64,000 bases of DNA, from the NCBI GenBank assembly GCA_965240325.2, contig OZ251243.1, positions 496,001 to 560,000 of the forward strand. The letters are read 5' to 3'. The notes under the pieces were generated by a model. The model was not told where the DNA came from. It ran no database searches and saw nothing but the letters and a program-made list of their open reading frames with translations. Shown here in pieces: positions 35,059 to 46,676 of the stretch (within the stretch, counting starts at the first letter, position 1; every line of letters starts with the position of its first letter). A program made the position numbers and the translations under genes. This DNA comes from Rebecca billardiae RCC1528 (taxonomy: Eukaryota > Protista > Haptophyta).

Positions 35059-35682
35059 TCACGAGGTGGCGCGCGCCGGTGGCGGCGCTCTTGGCCGACC
35101 TGCTGCCGGGAGGAGTTCGGCCGTGAGGCGCTGCATGCGCTCCACGGCCATCCAAAAGAGCCCCGGTAGCCCGAACGCGCCAAAGACCACCGCCTCCACG
35201 TCGTCACGCACGACCGCCCAGCGGCTCCCGAACGTGTGCAGCCGGTTGGTGTGTGCGCCGCGCGCGGGCTCCACGAGCTCGCCGCCATCCAGGGACCACA
35301 GCACCGCGCCCTCTCCGTTGCGCACGTCGAGCGCGTCCCCGAAGCGCCGGCGGAGGGCCTGCGCGTACTGGCCCGAGCGATACCCGATGGTGCAGAACGG
35401 CACCACCACCTTGCCCTCGCGCAGCGCTTCGGCAGGTCCGCGCGTCGCCTCAAAGTGTGCGGCGGTCACCGCGCCAGGAAGCGTCGACACGGCGCGCTCG
35501 GGCGCGGTACGGACATCCACGAGGACGGCTCGTGCGCCCAGGGCCTCAATGGCGTGCCTGTCCGCCACAGGCACCTCCGCCGGCGCAAGCCGCTTGAACA
35601 TGGCGCTTGCGCGCTCACGGCGCGCAGTGTCTTCCGCCGCCATCCTCGCCGCCCGCGGGCTCTGGCTGGTACTCTCCGCCAT
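35059..35682 (-). CDS. Single-domain rhodanese-like protein
   Basis: VLVDVRTAPERAVSTLPGA and the active-site loop VVPFCTIGYRSG. Confidence 0.85.
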   Translation of the reverse strand: MAESTSQSPRAARMAAEDTARRERASAMFKRLAPAEVPVADRHAIEALGARAVLVDVRTAPERAVSTLPGAVTAAHFEATRGPAEALREGKVVVPFCTIGYRSGQYAQALRRRFGDALDVRNGEGAVLWSLDGGELVEPARGAHTNRLHTFGSRWAVVRDDVEAVVFGAFGLPGLFWMAVERMQRLTAELLPAAGRPRAPPPARATS

Positions 35683-37363
35683 CGCACTCGCTTCCCGCGA
35701 GTGCCACAGGTACCAGTCCGGAGGCCGAGCGGTAAGACAGCCGCGGGCTTGGCGTTGGGAGTTGGGACTTGGGACTTTCAACTTGGGAGTTGCCGCCTTG
35801 TTGGGCGCAAACCTTGGGCTCGCCGGCCCAAACGCGATGGCGCGCCTCTGCGCCTACGAGAGGCGCGCTTGCGCCGCCACCGGCGCTGCAGGCCGGCGCG
35901 GCTGATCGGCGCGGTGCACAGGATACGTGGGCACCGCGCGCGCCTCTTTTCCCGCCCGCTCGCGCTCCTCGCCGCGCGCAGTAGCCCGCTGCCAAGCCAT
36001 CAACGCCTGCCAAGCGAGCCGGCGCGCGCACCAAGCGCGCGCGCTCGGCGCAGATAGGGCCAATTAAGATCGGGGCACGGCATGGGCGAGTGGGCACGCA
36101 TGTCATACACCGCTCGGGCGCACGCTCCCGGCGTTCATCGCGCGGCCTCGCCGCTGGCAAGTGCTTGCGCACTGCGCGTGCAACTCGCGAATGGTGCACC
36201 TCGCGGCAGCCCGCAGGGTACAGTCTGCTCTGCACGCAGGCATCCTTCGCTTCGCAGCGGGCAAATCGGTGGCAGCCGCAGCCTGGAGGCCGTCTGTGAG
36301 TACCCCGATCCAATATGCATCGCCCCGTAGGCACACTGATACGGGCCGCCATGTCGTCGATGCTGCCGAGGCTCCGTGATGCCCTGGCACGTAGGCCTTG
36401 TCGACTCTCGACCTTGCGCTCGTGATCACGCCAGACGCAGGCGATGCCGCTGTGCACGCTCACTTTGGACCACCTCGTGCCCACCAGACCGGCCCTTCTG
36501 TCTCTGTTGGCGGCGGTGGCGCGCGCGCGCGCGTGTGCCGCCTGCCGTGCTGTGGCTGAGTACAGTAGTGAGTGCGCGACGACTCGGATTACACTGCGAT
36601 TTGATGCATCAGAGCGCTCAGAGTCAACGGTAGTTGCTCGATAAGGTACGTTGCAGTCGCAGCCTCGGACCACGATGGACGCTTAAACGAGACGCGCGTT
36701 CACCCGGCCGAGGGCCACCTTGCCGCACTGCTCGTAATTCTGCTGGAAGCGGATCGGCGCCGCGTGCGCGCGCGGCGTGTACAGTCAGTGTTACACACCC
36801 ACTGGCCACTGCCAACGGTACGAGCGGATGCAGCAGATGCTCACGCCCACCGACGATGACGATGACGAGGCTCGATCCAGGTCAGCGTGCAAGGAGCGAC
36901 CGCCCGAGCGTTGCCCTCGCGTCCGATCGCCTGCATCGCCGTCGTGGCTGTCTGACGAACCCTGACTCACCGCCTGACAGCTGGCTACCTGACTCAGCCT
37001 CAGGCCCTGAGCAATGAGTAGCATATCTGACATCCGCCTGCTGCATGAGCTGCCATCATCCTGGCAAACGGGCGCGGCCCTCCCCGGACCTAACACAGCA
37101 CTACCTCGTCCGCCCCCATAGGGGGAGGCTGGACCGGCCGCCGGCAATCGGCGCCGGCAAGCGCGCCTGCAAGCGCGCCTGCAACTGCAAGCGCGCCGTG
37201 CCCGTGGCTGGACCGGCCGCCGGCGGCAACGGGCAGGCGCGCCGGCAAGCTGCGCGCTGCCGGACACGGCCCTGCTACTGCTAGACAGCTAGTGCTAGGC
37301 CTAATAGGGCTGCCACCGCTTAGCAGAGCATTTGGCTCAGCTAGCACTAGCAGCTTATTATAT

Positions 37364-37421
37364 ATTATTATTATTATTATTATTATCATCATCATCATCA
37401 TCATTATTATTATTATTATTA
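37364..37421. repeat. Compound (TTA)n(TCA)n(TTA)n microsatellite
   Basis: Directly visible. Confidence 0.95.
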
Positions 37422-37500
37422 CGTGAACTATTTTTTTGCGCGCCCAGTTCGATCGGACTCACTGACTCGTGGCGAATCACGGGCTGCCCCCAGCACGCGC

Positions 37501-38172
37501 TCATGAGCAAAGTCGCTGCATCGTGTGCACCTGCTCTGTGAAGAAGCGCTCTTGCATGCCCCTGATGAACGGGAACACGAGCGCACCCAGCGGCCCAGAG
37601 CCGCGTGAGACAGACAGCAGGCTGAACGTCACCCTCCCAGTGTGCGGCTCGAGCTCAACTACCATGCGCTCCTCGCCTGCGAGCCAGTGTCCGCGGAGCG
37701 TGCCGTACGCGACAGCCAGACTGTGCCGCGCTCGGTCCGTGTACAGCACCCTGCACGCGTTCACGCACCAAGCGCCCAGACCGCTTCGCGCGTAGGTCGC
37801 GATGACGTCACCTGGATGGGCGCAGGCGTGGCTGAGCGCGATGCCGTTGGTGCGACTGCCGTCGTGCATCCGGAAGGCAAGCAGCGCCGCAGAGGCCTCG
37901 CTCAGGCCGCGCTGCCCCCGAGTGCCCAGCTCGACCTCCTTGTGGATCACGCGCACGCGTCCTTGGCCCCGCGCGTCAAGTCGAGGTTTGCCACTGCGCG
38001 TCATGCCGACGAGCTCATAGTTGTGCCGCGCATCCGCGTTGGTCGTGAGCACGTGTGCAACGTCGTCTGCAGTGGGACGGCGTGCGAGCACGCGCGTGGC
38101 TTCCGCTGCGCGCATGCACGCGGCCGTCAGCAGCAACCGTCTCGTCAAGCTTGCGGTCCGTCGTGCCGCCAT
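37501..38172 (-). CDS. DUF1990 (UPF0548) family protein
   Basis: HNYELVG, WCVNACRVLY, AYGTLRGHWLAGEERMVVE, FSLLSVSR, PFIRGMQERF. Confidence 0.85.
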   Translation of the reverse strand: MAARRTASLTRRLLLTAACMRAAEATRVLARRPTADDVAHVLTTNADARHNYELVGMTRSGKPRLDARGQGRVRVIHKEVELGTRGQRGLSEASAALLAFRMHDGSRTNGIALSHACAHPGDVIATYARSGLGAWCVNACRVLYTDRARHSLAVAYGTLRGHWLAGEERMVVELEPHTGRVTFSLLSVSRGSGPLGALVFPFIRGMQERFFTEQVHTMQRLCS

Positions 38173-38375
38173 CGTCAAAATACTCGCGTCTATTTTTTTG
38201 TAAAATAAACCGTACGGTATTGGTTCAGCACCAGCACGATGGCTGCCGGCGGCGGAGGCATCACAGGCCCCAACAACACTCTCAGCCGAGAGGTGGCAAT
38301 GATGCCACCTCTCTCGGCTGAACTCGGCTTGATGAACAGGTTGACCCGAGACCAAGGCACCTGACACACACCTCC

Positions 38376-41321
38376 TCAGTGGCCCAGGTCCACCTCGACA
38401 GACGAGGCGCTCGTTGCGGAGCCCGTGACCACCGCCATCGCGCCGGTGAGCGTCATGAGCATCCCCGCAGCCTCAGCCCACGAGGGCAGCGCCTCGCCCA
38501 TCAGCAGCACGTCGTACGCCGCGGCGAAGAGCGGCTGCAGCAGCACGATCACCGAGATCGTGAGCGGCGGCAGGTACTTGAGCGAGACGACGAAGCCGAG
38601 GTTGCCCAGCGTGTCCACGAGCGCGCATGCAAACAGCATGGCCCACGCGTGCTCCGCGCGCGCCCAGCCAAACACGCCGGTGGGCGAGCGATCGAGCGGC
38701 GCACCGCCGGCACCGACGCTCACCGCGGGAAGCGCGATCAGCCACGCGATCCCGTTGAGCAGCGGGAAGAGCACCGGCGGGTCGACCACCGGCCTGAGCT
38801 CCTTGCACAGTAGCATGTAGGCAGCGCCGCCCGCCGAGCCGACAAAAGCGATCACGTTGGCGACCGGTTCACGCACCGAGTCCGAACGCGGCCAGAGGTC
38901 AATCCCGCCGGCGGCGCCGGCCGCCTCGGCAGCGCCCCCGCCGGCGATATCTGCCCCACCCCCACCGAGCGTGAGCGCGAGCGGCGCGTTGCCCAGCACG
39001 GCTGGCGCCTCCCCCTGCGGCGCCGCGCCCGGCGCGCCGATCGCGAGCAACGCGGTGCCTAGCACGGCGATGAGCGCGCCGCCGATCTCGAGGGCGCTCG
39101 CGCCGAGCCCGCGCGCCAGCCGCACGCCGAGCAGGATGATGGGCGCGAGCGAGGAGAAGAGGAGGGCGTTGGCGACCGAGGTGTGCTGCAGCGCGACCGC
39201 GTACGGGTAGCAGTGCAGCCACCATGCCGCGCCCGCGCCGAGCAGGCAGGCGAGCGTACGCCGGCTGCGCAGCGCGGTGCGCAGCCGCGCCGACGTGCCC
39301 GCGCGCAGCGCCGCGTATGGAGCGAGCACGAGCGCGGTGCCGCAGAAGCGCCAGCACATCTTCAGCGCGGGGGAGGCGCGCGTGCCCAGCGCGTCGAACG
39401 CGAGGCCTGTCGCCGACGACGTGAGCAGCGAGAAAAGCAGCACCGCGTACCCGACCAGCGGCACGCGCCGCTCCATCGTCAGCGTCACGTGCAACCCGTC
39501 CGGCGGCGTGCCATCCGGCAGCGCGGCCGTCTTCAGCTGCACGTCGGCGGCGACGCCGGGCGAGTGGCCGGCCGCGTCGGCGGCGGCGGCGTCGTGCACG
39601 TCCACGTCGATCGTCGCGCCCGCCGGCTGCCCCTCGCCCGCCAGCTCGCGCCCGAGTGCGGGCTGCCACTCGAAGGTGAGCGTGCCTGGCGTGGGCTCAG
39701 GCGAGGGGGGCGTGTCATGCAGCCGAGCATACGCGCTGCTGGCGGTGGCTGCGCTCAGCCGGAGCGGAGACGCGGGCGAGGGCGCGCTCGGCGTGGCGTG
39801 GATGGGGGCGCGGGCGAGCGCGACGGGCAGCAGGTGCAGCGGCGTGCCCTCCGCGCCGACGCCCGTGCTGCTGCTGATCGTCACCGTCTCGATGCCCGAT
39901 GGTAGCGAGGGCAGCGCCCAGTGCGAGCGCACAGCCGGGATCAGCGGCTCGCGCGGCGCGGCGCTGTTCAGCGCCTCCGCGGCCGCCTCCGCGCCATCCG
40001 CGGTGTCACCGTATGGCCTCCAGCCCTCCTGCGCCGCCTCACCCACCCAGCCTGAGACGTCCGTCAGCTGCCCTCGCGGCGTGCTCACGAGCGACTCAGA
40101 CGCGACGCGGCGGAGAAGCGGCTCGCCCGTCGCCACGCCGTTCGTCTGACCGGCCATACCGACAGGCCCGGCCACCGCTGCGAGCGCGTGCTCGGTCGCA
40201 CGGCGCGGCAGCGCTGCGTACCTCTGCGGCGAGAGGCCGGCTTCGGCGTCGACGGCGGCGAGCTCCTGCGTGCTCAGCGCGATGCGACGGGCGGCAACCA
40301 GCTGCTCCGCCGTCTCCACAGAGCACCAGCGCATCCCGCTCGTCGGCACGGCGACGAGCCCCCCCTTGCGCGCGAGCTCGCTGAGCGCGTCACAGAGCGC
40401 GAGCGCAAATGGTGGGGGCGACTCTGCATGGCGCCGCAGCAGGGCGTCGAAGAGGGCCTTGGTCTGCAGCACGAAGAGGCCGGCCTCGAGTGGGTGTGAC
40501 GCGTCGACCGCGCGGCCGATCTCCAGCACGCGCCGCGGCTGCGGCTCCGACGCCCTGCCGCCGCGCCACTCCTCCTCGCCTTTGCACGCGACGCGGACGC
40601 ACGTGGGCGCGAGTGCGCCGAGCGCGCGGCGCGCGTCCGGCTCGACGAGCACGCGGCCGACGCAGCCCGCGGGCAGGGCGGTGGCGATGAGGCGGTGCAC
40701 GAGCGCGCTTTCAAAGATGTGGTCGGACGTGCTCAGCAGCACCTGCGATTCTGCCTCGCCGTACGTGCCCTCGCCGTCGCCCTCGCCGAGCAGCGCGCTG
40801 TGCGCGTGCAGCAGCGACTGCGCGTGGCACCCGGTATAATTCGGGCCGAGGTCGACGACGTCGAGCTGCACGTAGCGCGCAACGGCGGACTTCTCAAGCG
40901 TCCGCTTGATCAGCATGCCCACGGGCCCACCGACTACGACGACGACGCGCGTGATGCCCGCGTCCGCCAGTTGGCGCAGGCTCTGCACGAGCAGCGGGTA
41001 GAAGCCGATCCGGAGGAGCTGGCGGGGGAGGCCGTCCTTGCCGAGGGCGGCAGAGCGTGAGACCGTGGAGATGAGCGCCGTCGTCACGCGCGCGCGCACG
41101 GGGCGCGGCATGTATGCCATGGTCGAGTGCCACCGCGCGGAGTTCACGGGCATCGCCGAGCTCGCGAGCGCGTTCGCGCGCTCCGCAAAGAGCGTGCGCG
41201 GACCGGAGAGCTGGAGGAAGAGCTCGTTGCGGGTGCAGCCGAGTCGTCGCGCGACATCGTTCGCGTCGACTGTCCACGCGCGCCGCGCGTCGCCAGCGGG
41301 GCTCTCCATGTTCACGTCCAT
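38376..41321 (-). CDS. Fusion of a nucleotidyltransferase-like (LicC/IPCT-type) domain and an EamA/DMT transporter
   Basis: N-half LPRQLLRIGFYPLLVQSLRQLADAGITRVVVVVG...QSLL...LLSTSDHIF. C-half has about 10 TM helices with ALQHTSVANALLFSSLAP and SLKYLPPLTISVIVLLQPLFA. Confidence 0.8.
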   Translation of the reverse strand: MDVNMESPAGDARRAWTVDANDVARRLGCTRNELFLQLSGPRTLFAERANALASSAMPVNSARWHSTMAYMPRPVRARVTTALISTVSRSAALGKDGLPRQLLRIGFYPLLVQSLRQLADAGITRVVVVVGGPVGMLIKRTLEKSAVARYVQLDVVDLGPNYTGCHAQSLLHAHSALLGEGDGEGTYGEAESQVLLSTSDHIFESALVHRLIATALPAGCVGRVLVEPDARRALGALAPTCVRVACKGEEEWRGGRASEPQPRRVLEIGRAVDASHPLEAGLFVLQTKALFDALLRRHAESPPPFALALCDALSELARKGGLVAVPTSGMRWCSVETAEQLVAARRIALSTQELAAVDAEAGLSPQRYAALPRRATEHALAAVAGPVGMAGQTNGVATGEPLLRRVASESLVSTPRGQLTDVSGWVGEAAQEGWRPYGDTADGAEAAAEALNSAAPREPLIPAVRSHWALPSLPSGIETVTISSSTGVGAEGTPLHLLPVALARAPIHATPSAPSPASPLRLSAATASSAYARLHDTPPSPEPTPGTLTFEWQPALGRELAGEGQPAGATIDVDVHDAAAADAAGHSPGVAADVQLKTAALPDGTPPDGLHVTLTMERRVPLVGYAVLLFSLLTSSATGLAFDALGTRASPALKMCWRFCGTALVLAPYAALRAGTSARLRTALRSRRTLACLLGAGAAWWLHCYPYAVALQHTSVANALLFSSLAPIILLGVRLARGLGASALEIGGALIAVLGTALLAIGAPGAAPQGEAPAVLGNAPLALTLGGGGADIAGGGAAEAAGAAGGIDLWPRSDSVREPVANVIAFVGSAGGAAYMLLCKELRPVVDPPVLFPLLNGIAWLIALPAVSVGAGGAPLDRSPTGVFGWARAEHAWAMLFACALVDTLGNLGFVVSLKYLPPLTISVIVLLQPLFAAAYDVLLMGEALPSWAEAAGMLMTLTGAMAVVTGSATSASSVEVDLGH

Positions 41322-41567
41322 CGCGGCGAGGTTCCAGACGTTCTCGTCGGGTGGACGCGGGCGTCGTCGTCGGGTTGCCGCTAACACGGTGATTCCGAGA
41401 TCGCGACGCCGTCGAGACTCGACCACTCGAGCGACGGTTGGTCCGACTCGTTGGTCGATGACGTTTTCAGTTTCAGGAGCTTCGCGACGCGCGGCGCGTC
41501 GCAGTGTCACAATCTCAATCTGAAATCTCGTCAAGCGGGAATGGAGCTTTGAACTTGTTGATCAAGC

Positions 41568-43601
41568 ATGGCCGATGCCCCCGACGAGTCGTGGGGGGAT
41601 GGCTCCCTCGACTCGGCCGAGCTCGATCGTCTCGCGTCGGCGGCGGAAGCGGTCGACGAGCTTGATGACAGCTCGTCGCCGCTCAAGTCGTCCGTCCGTT
41701 CCGCGGAGACGTACACCGAGGGCTCGCCCTCACCGGCGCTGCGCCGCATCGGCTCGCAGCCCGTGGAAGCGGGCGACGACGATCTGAACGACCGGGACCG
41801 ACCGTCGACGGCTGAGTCGTACGGGGCGAGCGACGCTCGGGACGACGAACTGGATGAGGATAACGAGGACACCGATGGTGGCCGCGCGCGCAGCGGCGGG
41901 CTGAGCAGGGGCGTGAGCTCCGCGAGCGAGCTTGGCAGCCCCTCGCGCTGGGCGTCCGCGCGCGGCGAGGACGACGGCGAGGACGACTACGGAGGGGACG
42001 AGGACGCGGAGGCGGCTGGCGAAGACGAGCGCGAGGGCCGTGGTGAGGATGGCGCTCTGGAGGCTGACGGTGTGGACGGCGCAGACGAGGCCGAGCGGGT
42101 TGATCTTGCCGAGCGCGCGCGTGATGACGCGGATGAGGAGGCAGAGGAGGCGGAGGAGGTGGCGGCGGAGGAGGACGAGGAGGACGAGGAGGAGAGGATG
42201 GACGACTACGCCGATGGTTCGAGAGGGCGTGGTGGGGACGCCGCCGCCGCGGGGCTCGAGTCACAGCTCTCCGAGATGCGCGCGCTCCTCACAGCGATGC
42301 AGGCGCAGCAGCGCAAGCTGGCGTCACAGATGCGCCAGGCGCAGCGGGAGGCGCGCGACGCGCAGCAGGAGGCCGCCGGGGCGCGCGCCCTCGCGAGCAG
42401 GCTCGAGCGCGAGCGTGGCGCGGCAGCCGACGACGAGCGTCGCGCGTGCGAGAGCGCGTCGTTGCCCGAACGAGGAAGCCCGCCTGGCGCACGCGAGCCC
42501 TCAGTGCCGCGCACGCCCGACGGACAGCTGCGGGCCTCGGGCGCGCGCAGCGATGGCTCTGCCAGCCCGCCGCCGCCACCGGCCGTGGGAGGCGCAGCGG
42601 AGGGTGCGCCGCCGAGCGCGGCGGCGGATGCCCTGCCGGGCGCAGCGGACGGCGGCATGCGCGAGACGGACGCTGCCCCAGCGGACGCCGCCTCGGAGCA
42701 ACCTCGATCTCAGCAGCCCACCCTGAGCCCCCGCGCTCGCGCACCGGCGCCGGCCGCGACAACGGACGCCCTAGAGGGGGCCGAAGGCGCGAGGCAGGGC
42801 GCGGCGGCAGGCAGCCCGCCAAGGGCGGCGCGCCCGCCCTGGCGCGCCTCCATCCTCGACGAATGGCGCTCGTACATCGACGCCGACACCCCCTCTCACG
42901 CGCGCGCCGCGCCGCCGAGGCCGCCGCTTGTCGCCCTCGCTGTCCTCGAGGCGGGCGGCCAATCGAGCGAGGCGCGCGGGCGCGCTGACGAGCAGTGGGG
43001 GGCACGGGGCGGCGTGGACCGCGCGTCGTGGGCCGAGCTCGAGGGCACGCCGCTCGGTGGTGTCGGGGCGCAGAGGCCGTTGCCTTCGGCGCACGTTTTC
43101 GGCGGCCATGCCACGCCGACGGCCCCTCCACCGGGCTGGCAGCACACGCGCCCCGCCGCCGCGTGGGGTGCGGCCGCGGGCCCTGCGGGGCCGCGCTCCG
43201 CCCGGCTGCTGGACGAGTGGGTGGCATATCTCGAGACGGACGACTGCGCGCAGGCGAGTAAGCTGGCGCCGGTGATGCCGACGCTCGTGCAACGGGCTGT
43301 GCGCAGCGCGTCCGCTGCGCATCGCCCACACGGCATCCACGTTCCTTACGACTGCCCGTCCACCGGATTATTGCCTACCCACGACTCCGGACGGTACGCC
43401 ACACCCGCGGGCGCGGCACCCGGTGGATTTGACTTTGGCTGCACTGGGGCCCAGCATATGCCGGCCAGCGTCGGGCAGTGGAGCTACCCGTGCAGCTGGA
43501 CGCAGCCCTGCGGCGGCGGCTCAACATCGGCGAGCGCCGTGAGGCCTGTCGCGCCGCCAGGCCCAGGGCCAGGCTGCACGCAGGCCGACTTCGTTAGTTA
43601 G
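41568..43601 (+). CDS. Hypothetical protein with an acidic tract and a coiled coil
   Basis: 677-codon ATG ORF with a D/E-rich region and heptad-like LESQLSEMRALL...; no family recognised. Confidence 0.65.
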   Translation: MADAPDESWGDGSLDSAELDRLASAAEAVDELDDSSSPLKSSVRSAETYTEGSPSPALRRIGSQPVEAGDDDLNDRDRPSTAESYGASDARDDELDEDNEDTDGGRARSGGLSRGVSSASELGSPSRWASARGEDDGEDDYGGDEDAEAAGEDEREGRGEDGALEADGVDGADEAERVDLAERARDDADEEAEEAEEVAAEEDEEDEEERMDDYADGSRGRGGDAAAAGLESQLSEMRALLTAMQAQQRKLASQMRQAQREARDAQQEAAGARALASRLERERGAAADDERRACESASLPERGSPPGAREPSVPRTPDGQLRASGARSDGSASPPPPPAVGGAAEGAPPSAAADALPGAADGGMRETDAAPADAASEQPRSQQPTLSPRARAPAPAATTDALEGAEGARQGAAAGSPPRAARPPWRASILDEWRSYIDADTPSHARAAPPRPPLVALAVLEAGGQSSEARGRADEQWGARGGVDRASWAELEGTPLGGVGAQRPLPSAHVFGGHATPTAPPPGWQHTRPAAAWGAAAGPAGPRSARLLDEWVAYLETDDCAQASKLAPVMPTLVQRAVRSASAAHRPHGIHVPYDCPSTGLLPTHDSGRYATPAGAAPGGFDFGCTGAQHMPASVGQWSYPCSWTQPCGGGSTSASAVRPVAPPGPGPGCTQADFVS

Positions 43602-43627
43602 TTTGCAGCTCCCAGCCTGGAGCTGGG

Positions 43628-43667
43628 CTTCATCCGGTTGCCACATTAATGTGGTAACCGGCTGAAG
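43628..43667. other. Near-perfect 40-bp palindrome just after the stop at 43601
   Basis: CTTCATCCGGTTGCCACATTAATGTGGTAACCGGCTGAAG. Confidence 0.8.
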
Positions 43668-44017
43668 TCGAGACGCACACAGCTCAGGCAGACCGAGTAC
43701 GCATAGTCGGCTTCACCGAGTGCCATGAGTATGACAGCATCCCAAGATGGCAAGCCGTCCACCGTGACCGGGGCTCAGAGACTCTGGGCGGGAAGGCGCA
43801 CGCCCGTCAGTGGGGTTCGCGAATCATCAGCGGCAGCAGGTGAGCAGCTCTCCATCGCCCTGAACCCCCCCACCCCCCCCCCGACCCGCCGGGACGCCGG
43901 GACGCGGGCACGGCCCCCCGCCTCCTTGAGCTTGCGGTAACGGTAAATAAGCGGGCGGACTGATGATACCCCTCGCGAGCGGACCCGCGCGCGGGGCGCT
44001 CATCTTGTCATATCTTA

Positions 44018-46565
44018 TTACCGATTTTGGGCAACTGAAAACATGAAACTGCACTTTTTTGAAAAACGCACTTCAAAAAGTTTCATCTTTTGAAAACCGG
44101 ATTTAAAACATGTTTTGTTTTGTTTTTGGAAAACAAGTTTTGCCAAAACGAAACAAAACATGAAAACGTTTTTCAAAACCTGTTTTCAAAACGTGTTTTC
44201 AAAAAGTGCAAACCTGTTTTCTCTTTTTCAAAAACGTTTTCACTTTTTGTCTTCTTCCAAAAAGTGACGCTCGAAAACACACGGTGAACAGAATGGCGGC
44301 CAAATGTCTACTTCACGGTGGCCGCCGCGCGACGCGGGCCGGCGGCCTAGTAAGAACCCTGAGCCGGCGCGGACGGGCACTGGCAGGTGCGCAACCACCC
44401 AATACATGCTCCAGACACCGCTCACCAGCCCCTGCCACTGCGTCTCCTCGTCTATTACTGCCCGCGACACGCGCGAATGTCATCTCAATCGCGGCTGCGT
44501 CGCGCGACCGCGCGTCCGCGCGCGCATGCGGTGCGCAGGCGTCAGATGGCGGAGGTGGAGATGCGGTGCGACGCGCATGGACGATCTCGCGCAGACGCAC
44601 CTCGCTCGCAGGCCCGCTGCCACTGGATGCGCCCGGCTGCACCGTCCGTTTGCTGCGCGCAGTCGCAGCCGGCCGTTCTTGTCAACGGTGTTGGTGCGCT
44701 TTTTCATGATCTTGCCCACGATCACCTGCTTGGCGGCCTGCTCGACGCGGCCAGCTCGCGGCATGCTCGTGCCGCGTCTGTTCGAGCTCAGCCCGCCCGC
44801 CCGGCACGTGCGGTCGCGGAACGTGTTGCCGATGATCTTGCCGTCGTGCTCCGACGCTTGTGTGCTCGCGCGGTGCAGCGCGCCGCCGAGTCGCACGATG
44901 GCGCGAAGGGCGATGGCGACGACCACGTGCGGGTAGCACGCGACCGTGCTCGTCCACCGCTTGAGCTCACGCACATACGCGCACCTGGCGTTGAGCGCAG
45001 CAAGCACCATCACCTTCACCTCCGCGGCGGTCGTCGGACGCCGCCGACGAGTTCGCGCACCGCCGCCAACCACAGTCGGCAGAAGTCCTCACGCGTGAGC
45101 TGCGGCTGCTGCGGTGCCTGAGCAGCGTTGGCGTAGCCCTCGCACGGCACGTTGGCGTCACGCGCGTGCTGCATCCTCTGCTGCCCGCCGTCACCGGCGT
45201 GGCCCTGGCGGTACCTGGCCGCACGCGGCGCGCACTACGACCTCGTCGTGTCCGCCGACTTTGCGTCTGCCGACGGCTCGGTCCACACTGATCGTCAGCC
45301 CTGGGCTCCGCGGCCGTGCAGCGCCACTGCTGTGCGACGATCGCATCGATATGACTCACAGCGACTCACGCGTACTTGTGTCGTACTAGCAGTATGGCAG
45401 CGTCATGCAGGGCATCAGACGACTGATAATGACGCTGAGGGCTCCTGCCCGAAGCGCACGGGCCCGCGGAGGGATGAAAGTCGAAAGACATGACGATGAT
45501 GATGATGAGTGAATTGAGTGATGATCGGCTCGCGTCCGGACGCGCGCATCATCACGCTGCTCGTCGCGCCCAGATTCCGCTGCTCGCCATGATGACGAAC
45601 GAAGCACGGACTCCTGCAGGCCGATGTGCTCAGCGGCGCGCTTACTGCGTCGGCGACAGGATCCTCCATCAGCTCCCGCCCCTGGCCCTGTCGCAGCAGG
45701 GCACGGCTGAGGGTCACACCCGCTGATGGCCGGGCGAGACCAAGCATCAAGCGCGCACGCATGCGCGGTCGCCGCGGCGCACTTGCGCGCACCACCGGAA
45801 CCTCAACGGTCTTCTTGCGCGTCATGCGGATGACCTGCATTGCCCTGCAGACGGTCGGCTCGCTGACGCTCAGGCCATACCACAGCGCAAGGCGTGCACA
45901 CGTTTGGGCCAGCGTGTCTCGCGAGTACATCGTGACGAGTGCTTTCAGCAGGAAGAGCTGGGGCAGGTCAAAGATCGGCGGGCCAGAGGACGCGACGCCA
46001 CCCGACTGCGTGCTCACGATCTGCTGCGTCGCGAGGTACTCCCGCACCCACTTGAACACGGTCGATTTGGCGACGCCCGTGAGTCGAGCGATCTCGTCGT
46101 ACGTGCACGACGAGTTGCCCGCGCGCAGTCGGAGGGCAGTCCCCACGACGCGCTGCCGAAGGCACACGTCGTAGCTCCTACCCTGTCGGTACACGCCGTT
46201 GTGCGCGTTGACTGCGATCCGCGGCCGTGGCTCGCGCGGCATCTCCTGTCGCCGCCGATGCCCGCCGCCGCGCGACGCGGTGGGCAACGGTCTTTCTTTC
46301 CTCTCCAGAAAACTTTTTCAAAACAAAACTTGAAACACGTTTTGAAAAGTTTGAAAACTTAAGTTTTGTTTTGTTTTTTTGAAACACGTTTTGAAAACTT
46401 GTTTTCAAAACGTGTTTCAAAAAAACAAAACAAAACAAGTTTTTCGAAAACATGTTTTCAAAAAGGTTTTTTCCAAAACCTGTTTTAAAAATGAAAAAAA
46501 GTTCAAAAAACAAAACAAAACTTGCAAAAACGAAATGCATGTTTTCAGTTGCCCAAAATCGGTAA
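44018..46565 (-). mobile_element. Tc1/mariner-IS630-type DNA transposon, copy 2
   Basis: Same TIRs, flanked by TA (44016-44017, 46566-46567). Colinear with 6375-8899 in reverse, with SNPs and small indels. Confidence 0.9.
45415..46242 (-). pseudogene. Transposase N-terminal paired-like/HTH region, copy 2
   Basis: MPREPRPRIAVNAHNGVYRQGRSY...RMTRKKTVE. Confidence 0.75.
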
Positions 46566-46676
46566 TAAACGAAGCGAAATGAGCCCGGGTCGTACAGCAC
46601 TACAATAATTATCAGCGTATCACGCGCGGCAAGAGATTGCTTGGGTGCCGCTTGGGACACGGACGCGGGCGGAGCC

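Noticed and set aside
11301-35682. Sulfur gene cluster (sulfotransferase, SQD1, rhodanese)
   Set aside because: The genes are far apart, interspersed with unrelated genes, and predicted in different compartments.
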